Of a DNA stretch of 42,322 nucleotides, positions 1-9,003 are shown piece by piece. Every line of letters begins with the position of its first letter. The stretch's first letter is position 1. A model generated the notes under the pieces. It worked only from the letters and a program-made list of their open reading frames with translations, made no database searches and had not been told where the DNA came from. Source of the stretch: Kiritimatiellia bacterium (GTDB taxonomy: Bacteria; Verrucomicrobiota; Kiritimatiellia; JAAZAB01); assembly GCA_041674125.1 (NCBI GenBank), contig JBAYWJ010000002.1, positions 1 through 42,322 of the forward strand, written 5' to 3'. Position numbers and translations under genes: made by a program.

Positions 1-2645
1 GCCAGGGCGCTGGTGGCCCCGGGCATTAAGACTATGCTGTTGCTCGGGCTCACGCTAAGCCAGTTTTGGTCCCAGTCAACCCGGCAGTTGATCGCCTCCG
101 ACGTGCTCACGTTGGAAATGTAAAGCTGCTGACCCTCCGGGCTCTGGCCCACCATGACGGTCCGGGCAAGGCTTAAGGGCGTCATGGTCATCCGGGGGCC
201 GGTGGTCACGGTCAGCTCCACGTTCACCTCGAAGGGCTCCCCGCTTATCCCGGGCACCAGCGTCAGTGCCCCGTAGTACACCCCCAGCGGCAGTGCCGTG
301 TTGGTGAAGCTCACGCTGATAACCTGCTCAGTGTTCCCCGTCAGCACCCCCGAGGAGGGCTCCGCCGCCAGCCAGGAGGTGTTCGTGTAGAGACGGTAGG
401 GTATGTCGCCCGCGCCGGAGTTCCAGATCGTCAGGGTCTTGTTCGTGTTGGCAAACTGACGCACCGTCGCCACCACCTGGGTCGGGTTCCTCGCAAACTC
501 GGCCACGTGCAAAGTCATATCGACGGCTGTTGAGAGCATGATGGGCGGAAAATTGGTCGGCGCGGCAAAGTACATCCGGCCGGAATGCGTTCCCGGCGAA
601 AGGCCGATAGAACTGTTGGTGACAACAATCGCGTTTGTGTCCCTTGCATCAACCGGGCCGCCTGCGGAGGCGCATACAATCCAGCCGCTGGTAATCGTGG
701 ATTGCCAGAATATCTGGAACTCAGAGGAGGTATTCACCATTGAAACAGCAATGTTCGTGGTTGAGCCCCGCATGACCGTGTTTGTAAATTGAAGCGGACC
801 CAATTCCATCAGCGCGTAGCCCGATTCATAGGAACCCATGTCTGCTATCTCCTGCTGGATCCGGGCTGCCCCGTCAAGGTCAGTTGCGCCTGTCATCCAG
901 GGCTGGTTGGCGCCGATGTTGATGCAGGGGGAACTGGCGTTCAGGCGGTAGTTGCCGCCGGCAAAATCTATGAACTGCGGGTCGGCGGTGGTGTTGCCGG
1001 CCCCTGCCATGATTTCCGGGGTGCAGGTGAAGGAGACGAAAGCCCGGCGGGCATCATCGGCGATGTACCAGTTCGTACTGCTGGCCGCGCTGTAGTTGGA
1101 CTGCACCACGCAGTTGCGAACCACGTCCTGGCCGCTGCCGGCCAGATAAATGCCTGGACCGCGGTCCTGGGCGTAGTTGCTGACGATCGTGCAGGATTCG
1201 ATGATGTTGGCGTTATTGGTATTAGCAACGAATATGCCGCCGCCAAGACCCCAATTAGCGGCGCCATCGGCGGGCAAGGCAGCCTTATTGGCTGATATTT
1301 CACAGTTGCGGATGACTGCATTGGATGAAATGTAAATTCCGCCGCCGGAGCTGTTCGCGGCTGCGCTGCCGCAGCTGGCGATGTTTGATTTAATTATGCA
1401 ATTTTCGATCAGGACCATGCCCCTGTTGTATAACGAATATATCGCGCCGCCCGAGCAATTGTTGCTGTTGATGACCTCGTTGCCGAGCAAACGGCTGTTG
1501 CGGACCGTCAGGTTCGATCCGCGCATGAAAATCGTGCCATAATTTACCCTGACGACCGGCAGGCTGGTGGTTCGGTTATAATTGATGTCGCAGTTGTCCA
1601 GGACCGTTTCCTCACCCTGGCAGTCAATGGCCGCGCTGCCGGAAGCATTGGTTAGAATATTATATGATATGCTGGTGTTGGATGCCGTAAGGTTGCCATA
1701 GCTCATGATCCCGGCCCCGTAATAATACCATGAATCATTGCTGTTGACCGACCCGCCCGACAGTACCAGTTTACTGAAAACATATGTATTGATTCCTCCC
1801 CCGTACCGGCGGGCGGTATTCATGTCAAAGTGGCAGTTTTCAATCGGATTGGTAAGGATGGAATAATAATACAAGCCAGCGCCATCAAAGCCCTGGTTGC
1901 TGATGACATTGCAGTTTGCCATTGACCATATGTCGGCGGCGCTGTCGCAGTAGACAACCACCCCGCCGCCCTTGCACTGGGGGCCCAGATCGGTATTCTG
2001 CATGATCAGGCAGTCGGTCAGAGTGCCGGCCCGCAGGCTTACGCCCGCGCCGCCGCTGGCGGAGCCGCTGTTGGAGCAGATGTTGCCCCGGATCATGCAG
2101 TTGGTCATGAGAGAATAGCGCCAGCTGCCGCCGCCGGCCATGTAAATGCCGCCGCCCTGGTAGGCGGAGTTGCCGGTGATTAGGCACTCCCGCACCGTTC
2201 CGTTAATCATATATATTCCACCGCCGCGCGCCGCAGATGAGTCCAGGAGCCAGCCTCCGTTGGTAATTGTAAGGCCCTGCAGGACTGCGGAAGTGTGGTT
2301 GATATTGAAACAGCGGTTGGTAATGCCAGGGAAGGCGGCGTTGCCCTTGACGATCGTGTTGGTCCAGCCGTTCACCCCGGTGATTGTCACCGGCTTGGAG
2401 ACGCTTATTTCAACATTTACTTCATACGTGCCGTTCGAGACAAGAATCTCTTCGACCGTGACGGCGCTGGCGCTGGACACCGCTTTGCCGATGGTCAGGA
2501 AAGGCTCTTCCCAGCTCAGGCCGTCGTTGAGCGCATCGGACCCGTTCGTGGCCACGTGCCATGCGGCCTGGGCGAAGGCAGGCCACGGCCCAATTGCAAC
2601 AACGCCCAGAAAGGCTAACAGGAAAAGATGGAATACTTGGGCCAT
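1..2645 (-). CDS. Secreted right-handed parallel beta-helix repeat protein (choice-of-anchor-Q-like); 3' end lies outside the window
   Basis: Absent from the ORF track because it has no stop inside the window. Hand translation from ATG 2645-2643 stays open to position 1. The N-terminus MAQVFHLFLLAFLGVVAIGPWPAFAQA looks like a signal peptide. It is followed by the entry motif AWHVATNGSDALNDGLSWEEPFLTIGKAV and many NC-x-(I/L)-x2-N and GGG(I/L)Y rungs. The closing motif is ADPQFIDFAGGNYRLNASSPCINIG...DLDGAARI...DMGSYE, followed by Ig-like repeats. Confidence 0.75.
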   Translation of the reverse strand, partial: MAQVFHLFLLAFLGVVAIGPWPAFAQAAWHVATNGSDALNDGLSWEEPFLTIGKAVSSASAVTVEEILVSNGTYEVNVEISVSKPVTITGVNGWTNTIVKGNAAFPGITNRCFNINHTSAVLQGLTITNGGWLLDSSAARGGGIYMINGTVRECLITGNSAYQGGGIYMAGGGSWRYSLMTNCMIRGNICSNSGSASGGAGVSLRAGTLTDCLIMQNTDLGPQCKGGGVVVYCDSAADIWSMANCNVISNQGFDGAGLYYYSILTNPIENCHFDMNTARRYGGGINTYVFSKLVLSGGSVNSNDSWYYYGAGIMSYGNLTASNTSISYNILTNASGSAAIDCQGEETVLDNCDINYNRTTSLPVVRVNYGTIFMRGSNLTVRNSRLLGNEVINSNNCSGGAIYSLYNRGMVLIENCIIKSNIASCGSAAANSSGGGIYISSNAVIRNCEISANKAALPADGAANWGLGGGIFVANTNNANIIESCTIVSNYAQDRGPGIYLAGSGQDVVRNCVVQSNYSAASSTNWYIADDARRAFVSFTCTPEIMAGAGNTTADPQFIDFAGGNYRLNASSPCINIGANQPWMTGATDLDGAARIQQEIADMGSYESGYALMELGPLQFTNTVMRGSTTNIAVSMVNTSSEFQIFWQSTITSGWIVCASAGGPVDARDTNAIVVTNSSIGLSPGTHSGRMYFAAPTNFPPIMLSTAVDMTLHVAEFARNPTQVVATVRQFANTNKTLTIWNSGAGDIPYRLYTNTSWLAAEPSSGVLTGNTEQVISVSFTNTALPLGVYYGALTLVPGISGEPFEVNVELTVTTGPRMTMTPLSLARTVMVGQSPEGQQLYISNVSTSEAINCRVDWDQNWLSVSPSNSIVLMPGATSAL
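457..512. repeat. 56-nt arm of an inverted repeat; partner at 42267-42322 (52/56 identical)
   Basis: Hand alignment of 457-512 with the reverse complement of 42267-42322 gives 4 mismatches, all synonymous. Both arms encode LHVAEFARNPTQVVATVR within the two beta-helix paralogs. Confidence 0.7.
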
Positions 2646-2683
2646 TTGTTAATTATACCGCAAAATAATTGATGGCAAGCATT

Positions 2684-5600
2684 TTACCGGCCCGGGACGT
2701 TAGTTGTGGAGGTAATGAATTGATAATCCTTAAAAGCTTCCGGTTGGAGGCCGATGCCGCGCTTGACCAAGTCCGGGTTTTGAGCAAAAAAGTCTTTAAA
2801 ATCCCAGGGCTTGTCCGGCGCGTGCTCGGCGGCCAGCTCCTTGGATTTAACAACAATGGTCTTTCTCCAGTCGGCCTCGCCGGAGAAGGTGACCAGCTCC
2901 CTGAGGGCCGTGAAGCGCGGGTTGGCAAATATGATTTCAGAACGATTTCCGGAAAGTTTTTTGTAATCGCCCCACGTCATGGCCTCATCTCCCAAGCGTA
3001 TCATCTTCCTGTCCTTTTCAGAATTCCGCAGGTAAAAGCAGTTCGTGCCCGGCAGCATCTGGTCGGGAGCACTTATCAGCAAAAGCGGCTGCAAAGATTT
3101 ACCGATTATGTTGTCAGCAAAGATGTTCCTGTCGAAGCTGAAAACATCGGCGGGTTTCCCGAGCATGAACATCATCCCGATCTGGTTGATAAAAAACACG
3201 TTGTTTTCAACGCGCAGGCCGGCGCAGGACCAGAAGTGCGGACCTCTGAACCCGCGCGTGCAGAAGCAGTTCTTCACCAGCAGGTTGGAAGACGATGCGG
3301 CGTTGATGAAGCCCGGGGTATAGCCATAATAGCCGAAAGTGCGCCCGTCATGGAAAAAGCGCGTGATTTGGATGCCGGAGCCGCCGTTGACGTTGACGAT
3401 GCCCCCGCCGCTCTCGCCGCTCCCGTAATCGCGGGCGTAAAGGCCGTCGAGATGGACGTGCTCCTTGCCGAAAATATTTATGCCCTGGCAAAGCGCAAGC
3501 CTCCGGCCGTCAAGCCAAACCTTTTCACCGGGCGCGCAGGTGAACCGCACCGGCAGCCCGTAATCTCCCGTGCGCCGGAAGCGGACTGTTTCCCCGTATG
3601 CTCCCCCGCCGATGATGACCATGTCGCCGGGCCCTGCGCGCCGGGCAGCATGGCTGATCGTTCTCCACGCTTCATCTGTTGAAAGGCCGGAGGAAGAGTC
3701 GCAGCCGCTGGTGCTGACGTAATACGTTGCCGGGGCGGGACTCTTGTCGAGCGTGGTCAGCTCGCCGGGCCCGGAAGAAAATCTGGCGCGCGTTTTCTTG
3801 AGATCCAGTGCCTCGGCCTCGGGGTTGCCGTGTAATTCATATCCCGGCATTGTCGCGGAAGCCTTGAAGTAGTATTTCGTCCCGGGCTTGAGCCCGGCCA
3901 GGCTCATGGTATGAAAGTATCCCGGCCAGTATATGAGCTCTTTCCTGTTGGTGCAGGCGGGCGTCTCGCCCCACGAGAGCTCGGTGGTGCTCTCGCCCGT
4001 GGTGCGCCACTCGATATCAGCGGTGGTGGCGCTCACCGCCAGCACCTGCGGGTCCACGATTTTCAGCGCCTTGACCGCGCGCACGCGGCGATACGGCCCC
4101 AATGGCATCCCGAGGCTGCCGTAGCCGTTGAAGAGGTGGTCGTTGCGCAGGGTGAAGACGCCCTTCACGGGATCCGTGAATTCCGGCCGGAGCGCCGACG
4201 AATACTGTTCCTCGCCAAGGCCGGTGACCTTCCCCGCGGTTGACCGGCACTTTTCCGGGTTGCTGAAGCAGTTCCAGGCAATGTAACCATCGAGAGGCCC
4301 GTCAAGCGTTATGGAATAGTTTTCCTGGTTGTCGAATATATTGTCGCGCGTGATAACGCCCTTGCAACTTTTAAGCTCAACCCCGCGGGTCAAGGCACTG
4401 TGCTCCAGCACGAACCCATCGGCTTTGCTGGCAACAAGGGGCACATTGAACCCGCAATTCGACACCCTGATGTTCTCGCCGCCATTGACATTCACGCCGC
4501 CCCCGGTGAAATTCAGTCTTTCAATGTTCATATGGGCGGTTTTCTTCAACTCAACCAATCCGCTGATCACGACCCGCTCGTTGCCGCGGCCGGCGATCTT
4601 GACCGGGTGACCAGGTTTGCCGGAGACTTCTATCTTCAAGCCGCCCGCATATACTCCGGACAGGATATAGAGCGTGTCGCCGGCGCGCAGCTTGCCCAGC
4701 GCCTTGTCGAGCGAAAGCCAGGCATTGCTGACAGAGAGCCCGTCAGCAGAGTCGCTGCCGTTCGTTTTCACATAATAGATATCCGGCTTGTAGGGATAAA
4801 GCCCCTCGTCCCTGCCGCCTGCCGCGCCCCGGAAGCGCGAGGCGGCCTGCAGGCGGTAGTCAAGGTTCTCCGGGTCGGCGAATTCATCGCCCGGCACCAG
4901 GCCCGGAATTTCGGCAAAAACGATGTTGTTTTCCTGGGGATTTTCGGACTTCGCCCGCGTGCACAGGGAATTGAATATGTTCGTGGTGTACTGGATATAA
5001 AACTCCGAGGCAACGCAGCGCTCCATGAAACCCATGCGGCAGGCGCCGCCCTTGATTTTCATGTCGCAGGAAATGTTATGCCAGGTGATGTTATCCTCGA
5101 GCCGGCATACGCCCTTGATTTCGCCGTAAAAATCAATCCCGTTCAGGTGGCTCCCGAAGGCCTTGCAGTGCCGGATGATGCCGCCCTCCTCCGGCGTATT
5201 CCAGTTGCAGATGTTGCCGCTCACCGAGCCGAACTTTGTGTAATTGCCGTAGCTGACGCAATGTTCAACGAGGCAGTTTTTGGATGATTGAATCGCGATG
5301 CCGGTCCCGTTCAAAAAAGCCGTGCAATGACGGATGACGTTGTCTGCGCCGCGGTCAATCCCGATGCCCGCCCGGCTGCCGTAGAGGTCTCCCGCCCTGA
5401 CCTCCTGGCAATCTTTGTTGAACCCGCAGGCAGCAAGGCCCTCAATGATAACGTTGGTGGGATGGTACAAAAGCAAGCCGGAGTTGTTAATGACCGAAAC
5501 TGTCAGGCGGTGCCTGGCCGGCGGGAGCCAGTCCGAGGTGCTGAAATAAACCGTCTGCTTTTCCTCGTCGAAATAATAGCTGCCCGGCACAAATTCCAGC

Positions 5601-6031
5601 TCCTCGATGCTGGGCATCACGCTGTACATTGTCAGGGTATCAACCTCGTTGACGCACTGCACCTTGTTGGTCAGGTTAAAGGCATAAATATACTTGCAGC
5701 CTTCCACGGCCCGCGGGGTTGGCGCCGGGATGTCACCGCGCAGGATGACCGTGCCGTTGATTTCGGCCCTTACGATGGTGGCCTTGGCGCTGCCGCCCAA
5801 GTTGGTGCGGAAGGCCGCCTCAAAATACTCACCGGGACCGATGGTGAGCGCGTCCCCGGGCGCTATCGCGTTCAAACCCTTGTGGACCGTCAGGAACGCC
5901 TTGTTTCGGGCCAGCCCGTCGTTGCCGTCGCTGCCCTGTTTGTTGACGAAATACTCGGCCGCGCCAAGAGAATTTGACACGATGAAGCAGACAACAGGGA
6001 TGGCGAATGAACATATCAAGCGAGGTTTCAT
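2684..6031 (-). CDS. Secreted 1115-aa protein with three tandem right-handed beta-helix modules and an FN3-like domain (probable polysaccharide lyase or hydrolase)
   Basis: ORF track. Signal-like N-terminus MKPRLICSFAIPVVCFIVSNSLGAAE. The beta-helix entry motif (YFV/YYV..GSD/GCD...GL..A(F/W).(T/S)...PGD/AGD...I..G.Y) occurs three times, near aa 26, 419 and 760. An FN3-like segment (ADIEWRTTGESTTELSWGETP...LKPGTKYYFKASA) lies between modules 2 and 3. AGGAGG sits 6 nt upstream of ATG 6031. Confidence 0.8.
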   Translation of the reverse strand: MKPRLICSFAIPVVCFIVSNSLGAAEYFVNKQGSDGNDGLARNKAFLTVHKGLNAIAPGDALTIGPGEYFEAAFRTNLGGSAKATIVRAEINGTVILRGDIPAPTPRAVEGCKYIYAFNLTNKVQCVNEVDTLTMYSVMPSIEELEFVPGSYYFDEEKQTVYFSTSDWLPPARHRLTVSVINNSGLLLYHPTNVIIEGLAACGFNKDCQEVRAGDLYGSRAGIGIDRGADNVIRHCTAFLNGTGIAIQSSKNCLVEHCVSYGNYTKFGSVSGNICNWNTPEEGGIIRHCKAFGSHLNGIDFYGEIKGVCRLEDNITWHNISCDMKIKGGACRMGFMERCVASEFYIQYTTNIFNSLCTRAKSENPQENNIVFAEIPGLVPGDEFADPENLDYRLQAASRFRGAAGGRDEGLYPYKPDIYYVKTNGSDSADGLSVSNAWLSLDKALGKLRAGDTLYILSGVYAGGLKIEVSGKPGHPVKIAGRGNERVVISGLVELKKTAHMNIERLNFTGGGVNVNGGENIRVSNCGFNVPLVASKADGFVLEHSALTRGVELKSCKGVITRDNIFDNQENYSITLDGPLDGYIAWNCFSNPEKCRSTAGKVTGLGEEQYSSALRPEFTDPVKGVFTLRNDHLFNGYGSLGMPLGPYRRVRAVKALKIVDPQVLAVSATTADIEWRTTGESTTELSWGETPACTNRKELIYWPGYFHTMSLAGLKPGTKYYFKASATMPGYELHGNPEAEALDLKKTRARFSSGPGELTTLDKSPAPATYYVSTSGCDSSSGLSTDEAWRTISHAARRAGPGDMVIIGGGAYGETVRFRRTGDYGLPVRFTCAPGEKVWLDGRRLALCQGINIFGKEHVHLDGLYARDYGSGESGGGIVNVNGGSGIQITRFFHDGRTFGYYGYTPGFINAASSSNLLVKNCFCTRGFRGPHFWSCAGLRVENNVFFINQIGMMFMLGKPADVFSFDRNIFADNIIGKSLQPLLLISAPDQMLPGTNCFYLRNSEKDRKMIRLGDEAMTWGDYKKLSGNRSEIIFANPRFTALRELVTFSGEADWRKTIVVKSKELAAEHAPDKPWDFKDFFAQNPDLVKRGIGLQPEAFKDYQFITSTTNVPGR

Positions 6032-6070
6032 GTAATACCTCCTGAATGATTCAACTAATAATGGCGGTCA

Positions 6071-6237
6071 TTTCAAAACTCAAAAGACACGGCAACAGCT
6101 CGTGCTACGTAGCGAAGGAAGCCTTCGCTTACTTCGCAGAGTAGTAAGTGCCGTGGCTACAAACTACACTCGTTGACTATCAACATATTACACTGCAGTC
6201 GCCCTGCTCTGTCAGGGCGTTCCCATGAGTTTTGAAA
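6071..6237. other. Multi-hairpin intergenic element closed by a perfect 12-bp inverted repeat (structured leader/ncRNA or MITE-like)
   Basis: TTTCAAAACTCA (6071-6082) pairs with TGAGTTTTGAAA (6226-6237). Nested stems are CACGGCA/TGCCGTG (6088-6094 / 6149-6155), GCGAAGG/CCTTCGC (6112-6118 / 6122-6128, with an alternative partner CTTCGC at 6132-6137), GTTGA/TCAAC (6172-6176 / 6180-6184) and GCCCTG/CAGGGC (6201-6206 / 6213-6218). Confidence 0.35.
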
Positions 6238-6257
6238 CTACCTCAATGGAGAAAGTT

Positions 6258-8840
6258 TTACTTGAACACAACTTCGCCGAAGCTGGTGCGGTCGTGAAAA
6301 TCGCGGCCTTCCAGGTTGGGTGACCAGGTGGAATAGCGCCCCTGCCCGCCCTCGCCGTGGTCTACCGGCCACTCCGCGCGGCCGACGTTCATAGTCCAGA
6401 GGGTTCCCGGCTCCGGGCGGCCGGCCTCGAGCGTCTTGAAAGGGATGCGCGCCACGGCCGTCCAGCGCTTTTTATCCTTGTCAATGCGCGCGGCGTATTC
6501 CCACTCGCCGTTCCAAGAGATTTCCGGCTTGCCGAACAGGGGGTGGACGGGGTCCTCGATGTATCCGCGCCGGGCGTCGAAGGTTGAATTCTCTATCGGG
6601 CTGAAAACAAGCTGGCAGTGCTTTTCACGCTCGCCGAAGGGGTCAATCGCGAGCTCGATGCATTCCTGCGCCCAGGTGTTGCCGTCCCTGCCCATGGGCT
6701 TGAGGCGCCCCAGCCATTCGTCACTGTCGAAAGCGCACTCCACGGCCACGTAAAACGCCTCGTCATCGTAAGCGGCCTTGAAGCGCGTGGCGTTAGGCGC
6801 CTTGCCCATGCCGATTTCGTTCAACTCCTGGGCGGGGATGTCCTTCCAAACGCCCTTGTCGAAATCGCCATCAAGCTTGATGCCTGTTGCTTTTGCCACC
6901 TCGATGCGCCTGGTTTTGCCGGATCCGGGCAATATGCCTTTTTCTTTCATCATGGCAAAATCCCAGCTGAAAGGCGGGCGCAGCCCCATGGTGCGCCCGT
7001 TCATCTCGGCGTCCTTGCGCTTGATGTTCGTGAAACACAGCGGCAGATTGCCGGGCATTTTCACGGAGCACTTGCCGTCGGCGGCGTACATGCCGTCCAG
7101 CAGGGCCTTGCGCTCATCCATCTTGCGCGCGAGTTCGTCGAACAGCGCGGGCGTCGGGCTCATGCGGTAGGCGCGGTAGACATGGTATATTGACGCGATG
7201 TTTTTCACGTAATTGAACTCCAGCTCCACCATCCCAAGGGTTTCCCGGACCCTTTCATCTTTGGCCATGGCCCTGGCGCGCGCCAGGTTAAGGGACATAT
7301 CGTTCAGCAGCTTCGGCGGGAACACGTGGCAGAAGTAATCCTCTGGTGTGCTCATGGAATTGAACACCCCGCCCACGGGAAAGTTCGGCGTGCTGAAAAG
7401 CGAATAGGTTTCGAGGCGGTCATACATGCCGCGGTAAAAAGCCCTCATCGGCGCGGCGGATTCACCGAAAAGCGTGTTGACGTAGTCCTCCAGAGCTTCC
7501 TTCGGCTCGCGTTCCGGGTTTTCCAGCGCCTTGCCGAAGGCGTACATGGCCGGGCCGCTCAAGCCGTAGCTGATGTTGGCCTCGTATCCACCGCAGAGAT
7601 AAATTCCGCGCACCTTGTTCTCCAGGAAGCGGCGCACCTGGTCGATGGCAAACTTCGGCGTGCGCGTCGGCCCGTAGCCCGGCAGGTTGTAGTCGCCCCA
7701 GTTGTAGACATAGACCGTTTTATCCACGTTGAAGGGCGCCCAGAGCTCAAAGTTCTCCGGGGTGTAGGTGCACACCTGGATCACAACGTTGTCCGGGAAT
7801 GTCTTGAACGATGCCGGCGGGTGCCTGGTGGGGCCGTAGGAAATGATCATGACCTTTTTGCCGGGCCGGCGCTTTTTCATCTCCTCCGCCAGGGAGCGGT
7901 GCACAATCCAGAGCCGCTCGGCCGCGTCAGCGTGGATGGCGGCGCACTTTTCGCACTGGCAGGGGCGGTAGCCGTCGGTCTGCGCCAGCTCTACCCACTG
8001 GTAGCCCTTGTCCAGCTGCTTTTCCATCTCCTTGAGCATCAGCTCCTGGACCTCCGGGTTGGAGATGCAGAGGTGGTTTTCCTTCGGCATCCTGATCCCG
8101 CCGCTCATCGCAAAATATTCCGGGTGCGTTTTTTCGTACTCCTTCTCCGGCACGGCGTCGTAGTATGAATGCCCGCCGTAGGATTTCAGGATGGGCGTGG
8201 AGCCGAAGAGGTTGAGCGCCACGGCCAGGACCTTATCGCGCGGCGCGCGCCCGATGACGTAATCAAAGCGCGGCGCGAAAGACAAGTCCAGCGCGGCATC
8301 CACGGCCAGGGGGTCATGCTTCGGAATGCGCTTTCCGTATTCGCCCGGCATTAAAAACCGCGCGCCGAGCCCGGATTCCAGGAAGACTATGACGCCCTTC
8401 ATGGTCCCCTGGTGAACGATCTCGCGCTTGTCGTTGATCGGATCTCTGGCGTCTTCGCCGACGATAAAGATATCCCGCCCGGCCGCCTTGACAAGGCAGC
8501 CCCACCCCGCAACCTTGTCAAGCGCCAGGCCGGCTTTCCTGGCCGCGAGTGTTTTGCCAAGATAAAATGCGGGCTTCCCCACGGGCAGCTCTGTTTCCTT
8601 CATGATGGGCAGCAGCACGCCGGACGACTCGAAAATGTTTGTCTGCATCAGGCCCGCGGCCGGCAGTATGCGCACCTCTTCAGCCGCATCCGGCACCACA
8701 ATGGCGTAATCCGACTTGCCGCCCGCGGCGATTTGAATTGTTTTTTGATCAGCGGCGCCGAACGCCGAACCCGCCCACATCGCGAGCATAATAAACCAGG
8801 AAACCGCCGAAATCCGGCCAAGTTGTTTGTTCAATTTCAT
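6258..8840 (-). CDS. DUF4838-like glycoside-hydrolase-related protein with a C-terminal CBM9-like domain, secreted
   Basis: ORF track 6258-8879. The start is moved to ATG 8840 (MKLNKQLGRISAVSWFIMLAMWAGSAFGAAD, preceded by GGAG). The N-terminal block KTIQIAAGGKSDYAIVVPDAAEE and the PCQCEKCAA cysteine motif resemble DUF4838. The C-terminus DGDFDKGVWKDIPAQ...FKAAYDDEAFYVAVEC resembles carbohydrate-binding family 9. Confidence 0.7.
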   Translation of the reverse strand: MKLNKQLGRISAVSWFIMLAMWAGSAFGAADQKTIQIAAGGKSDYAIVVPDAAEEVRILPAAGLMQTNIFESSGVLLPIMKETELPVGKPAFYLGKTLAARKAGLALDKVAGWGCLVKAAGRDIFIVGEDARDPINDKREIVHQGTMKGVIVFLESGLGARFLMPGEYGKRIPKHDPLAVDAALDLSFAPRFDYVIGRAPRDKVLAVALNLFGSTPILKSYGGHSYYDAVPEKEYEKTHPEYFAMSGGIRMPKENHLCISNPEVQELMLKEMEKQLDKGYQWVELAQTDGYRPCQCEKCAAIHADAAERLWIVHRSLAEEMKKRRPGKKVMIISYGPTRHPPASFKTFPDNVVIQVCTYTPENFELWAPFNVDKTVYVYNWGDYNLPGYGPTRTPKFAIDQVRRFLENKVRGIYLCGGYEANISYGLSGPAMYAFGKALENPEREPKEALEDYVNTLFGESAAPMRAFYRGMYDRLETYSLFSTPNFPVGGVFNSMSTPEDYFCHVFPPKLLNDMSLNLARARAMAKDERVRETLGMVELEFNYVKNIASIYHVYRAYRMSPTPALFDELARKMDERKALLDGMYAADGKCSVKMPGNLPLCFTNIKRKDAEMNGRTMGLRPPFSWDFAMMKEKGILPGSGKTRRIEVAKATGIKLDGDFDKGVWKDIPAQELNEIGMGKAPNATRFKAAYDDEAFYVAVECAFDSDEWLGRLKPMGRDGNTWAQECIELAIDPFGEREKHCQLVFSPIENSTFDARRGYIEDPVHPLFGKPEISWNGEWEYAARIDKDKKRWTAVARIPFKTLEAGRPEPGTLWTMNVGRAEWPVDHGEGGQGRYSTWSPNLEGRDFHDRTSFGEVVFK

Positions 8841-8920
8841 TCTTGATTTCTCCTTTCCAGTTAATGTTCTTTCAAGCAATTATTAAGGGGTCCATAATAA
8901 TCCTGACATATTCTTGCTTA

Positions 8921-8989
8921 TGTAGGGCGGGACAGCCTTTTCCCGCCATTGCTCCATATTGCGCTGCCGGACTGGCAGTCCGGCCCTAC
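8921..8989. repeat. REP-like compound palindromic element (two hairpins bracketed by GTAGGGC...GCCCTAC); likely terminator for the AAC(3) gene
   Basis: Hairpin 1 is GGCGGGA (8926-8932) with TCCCGCC (8941-8947). Hairpin 2 is GCCGGACT (8966-8973) with AGTCCGGC (8977-8984). The outer GTAGGGC (8922-8928) is inverted relative to GCCCTAC (8983-8989). The element sits just downstream of the minus-strand stop at 9004. Confidence 0.5.
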
Positions 8990-9003
8990 CTGTTGATTAT
9001 AAT

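Noticed and set aside
6071-6237. The hairpin-rich element was considered as a retron msr/msd, a tRNA-like gene or a CRISPR leader/repeat.
   Set aside because: No reverse transcriptase, cloverleaf or anticodon arm, or direct repeat array is present anywhere in the window. It is kept only as an unclassified structured or MITE-like element.
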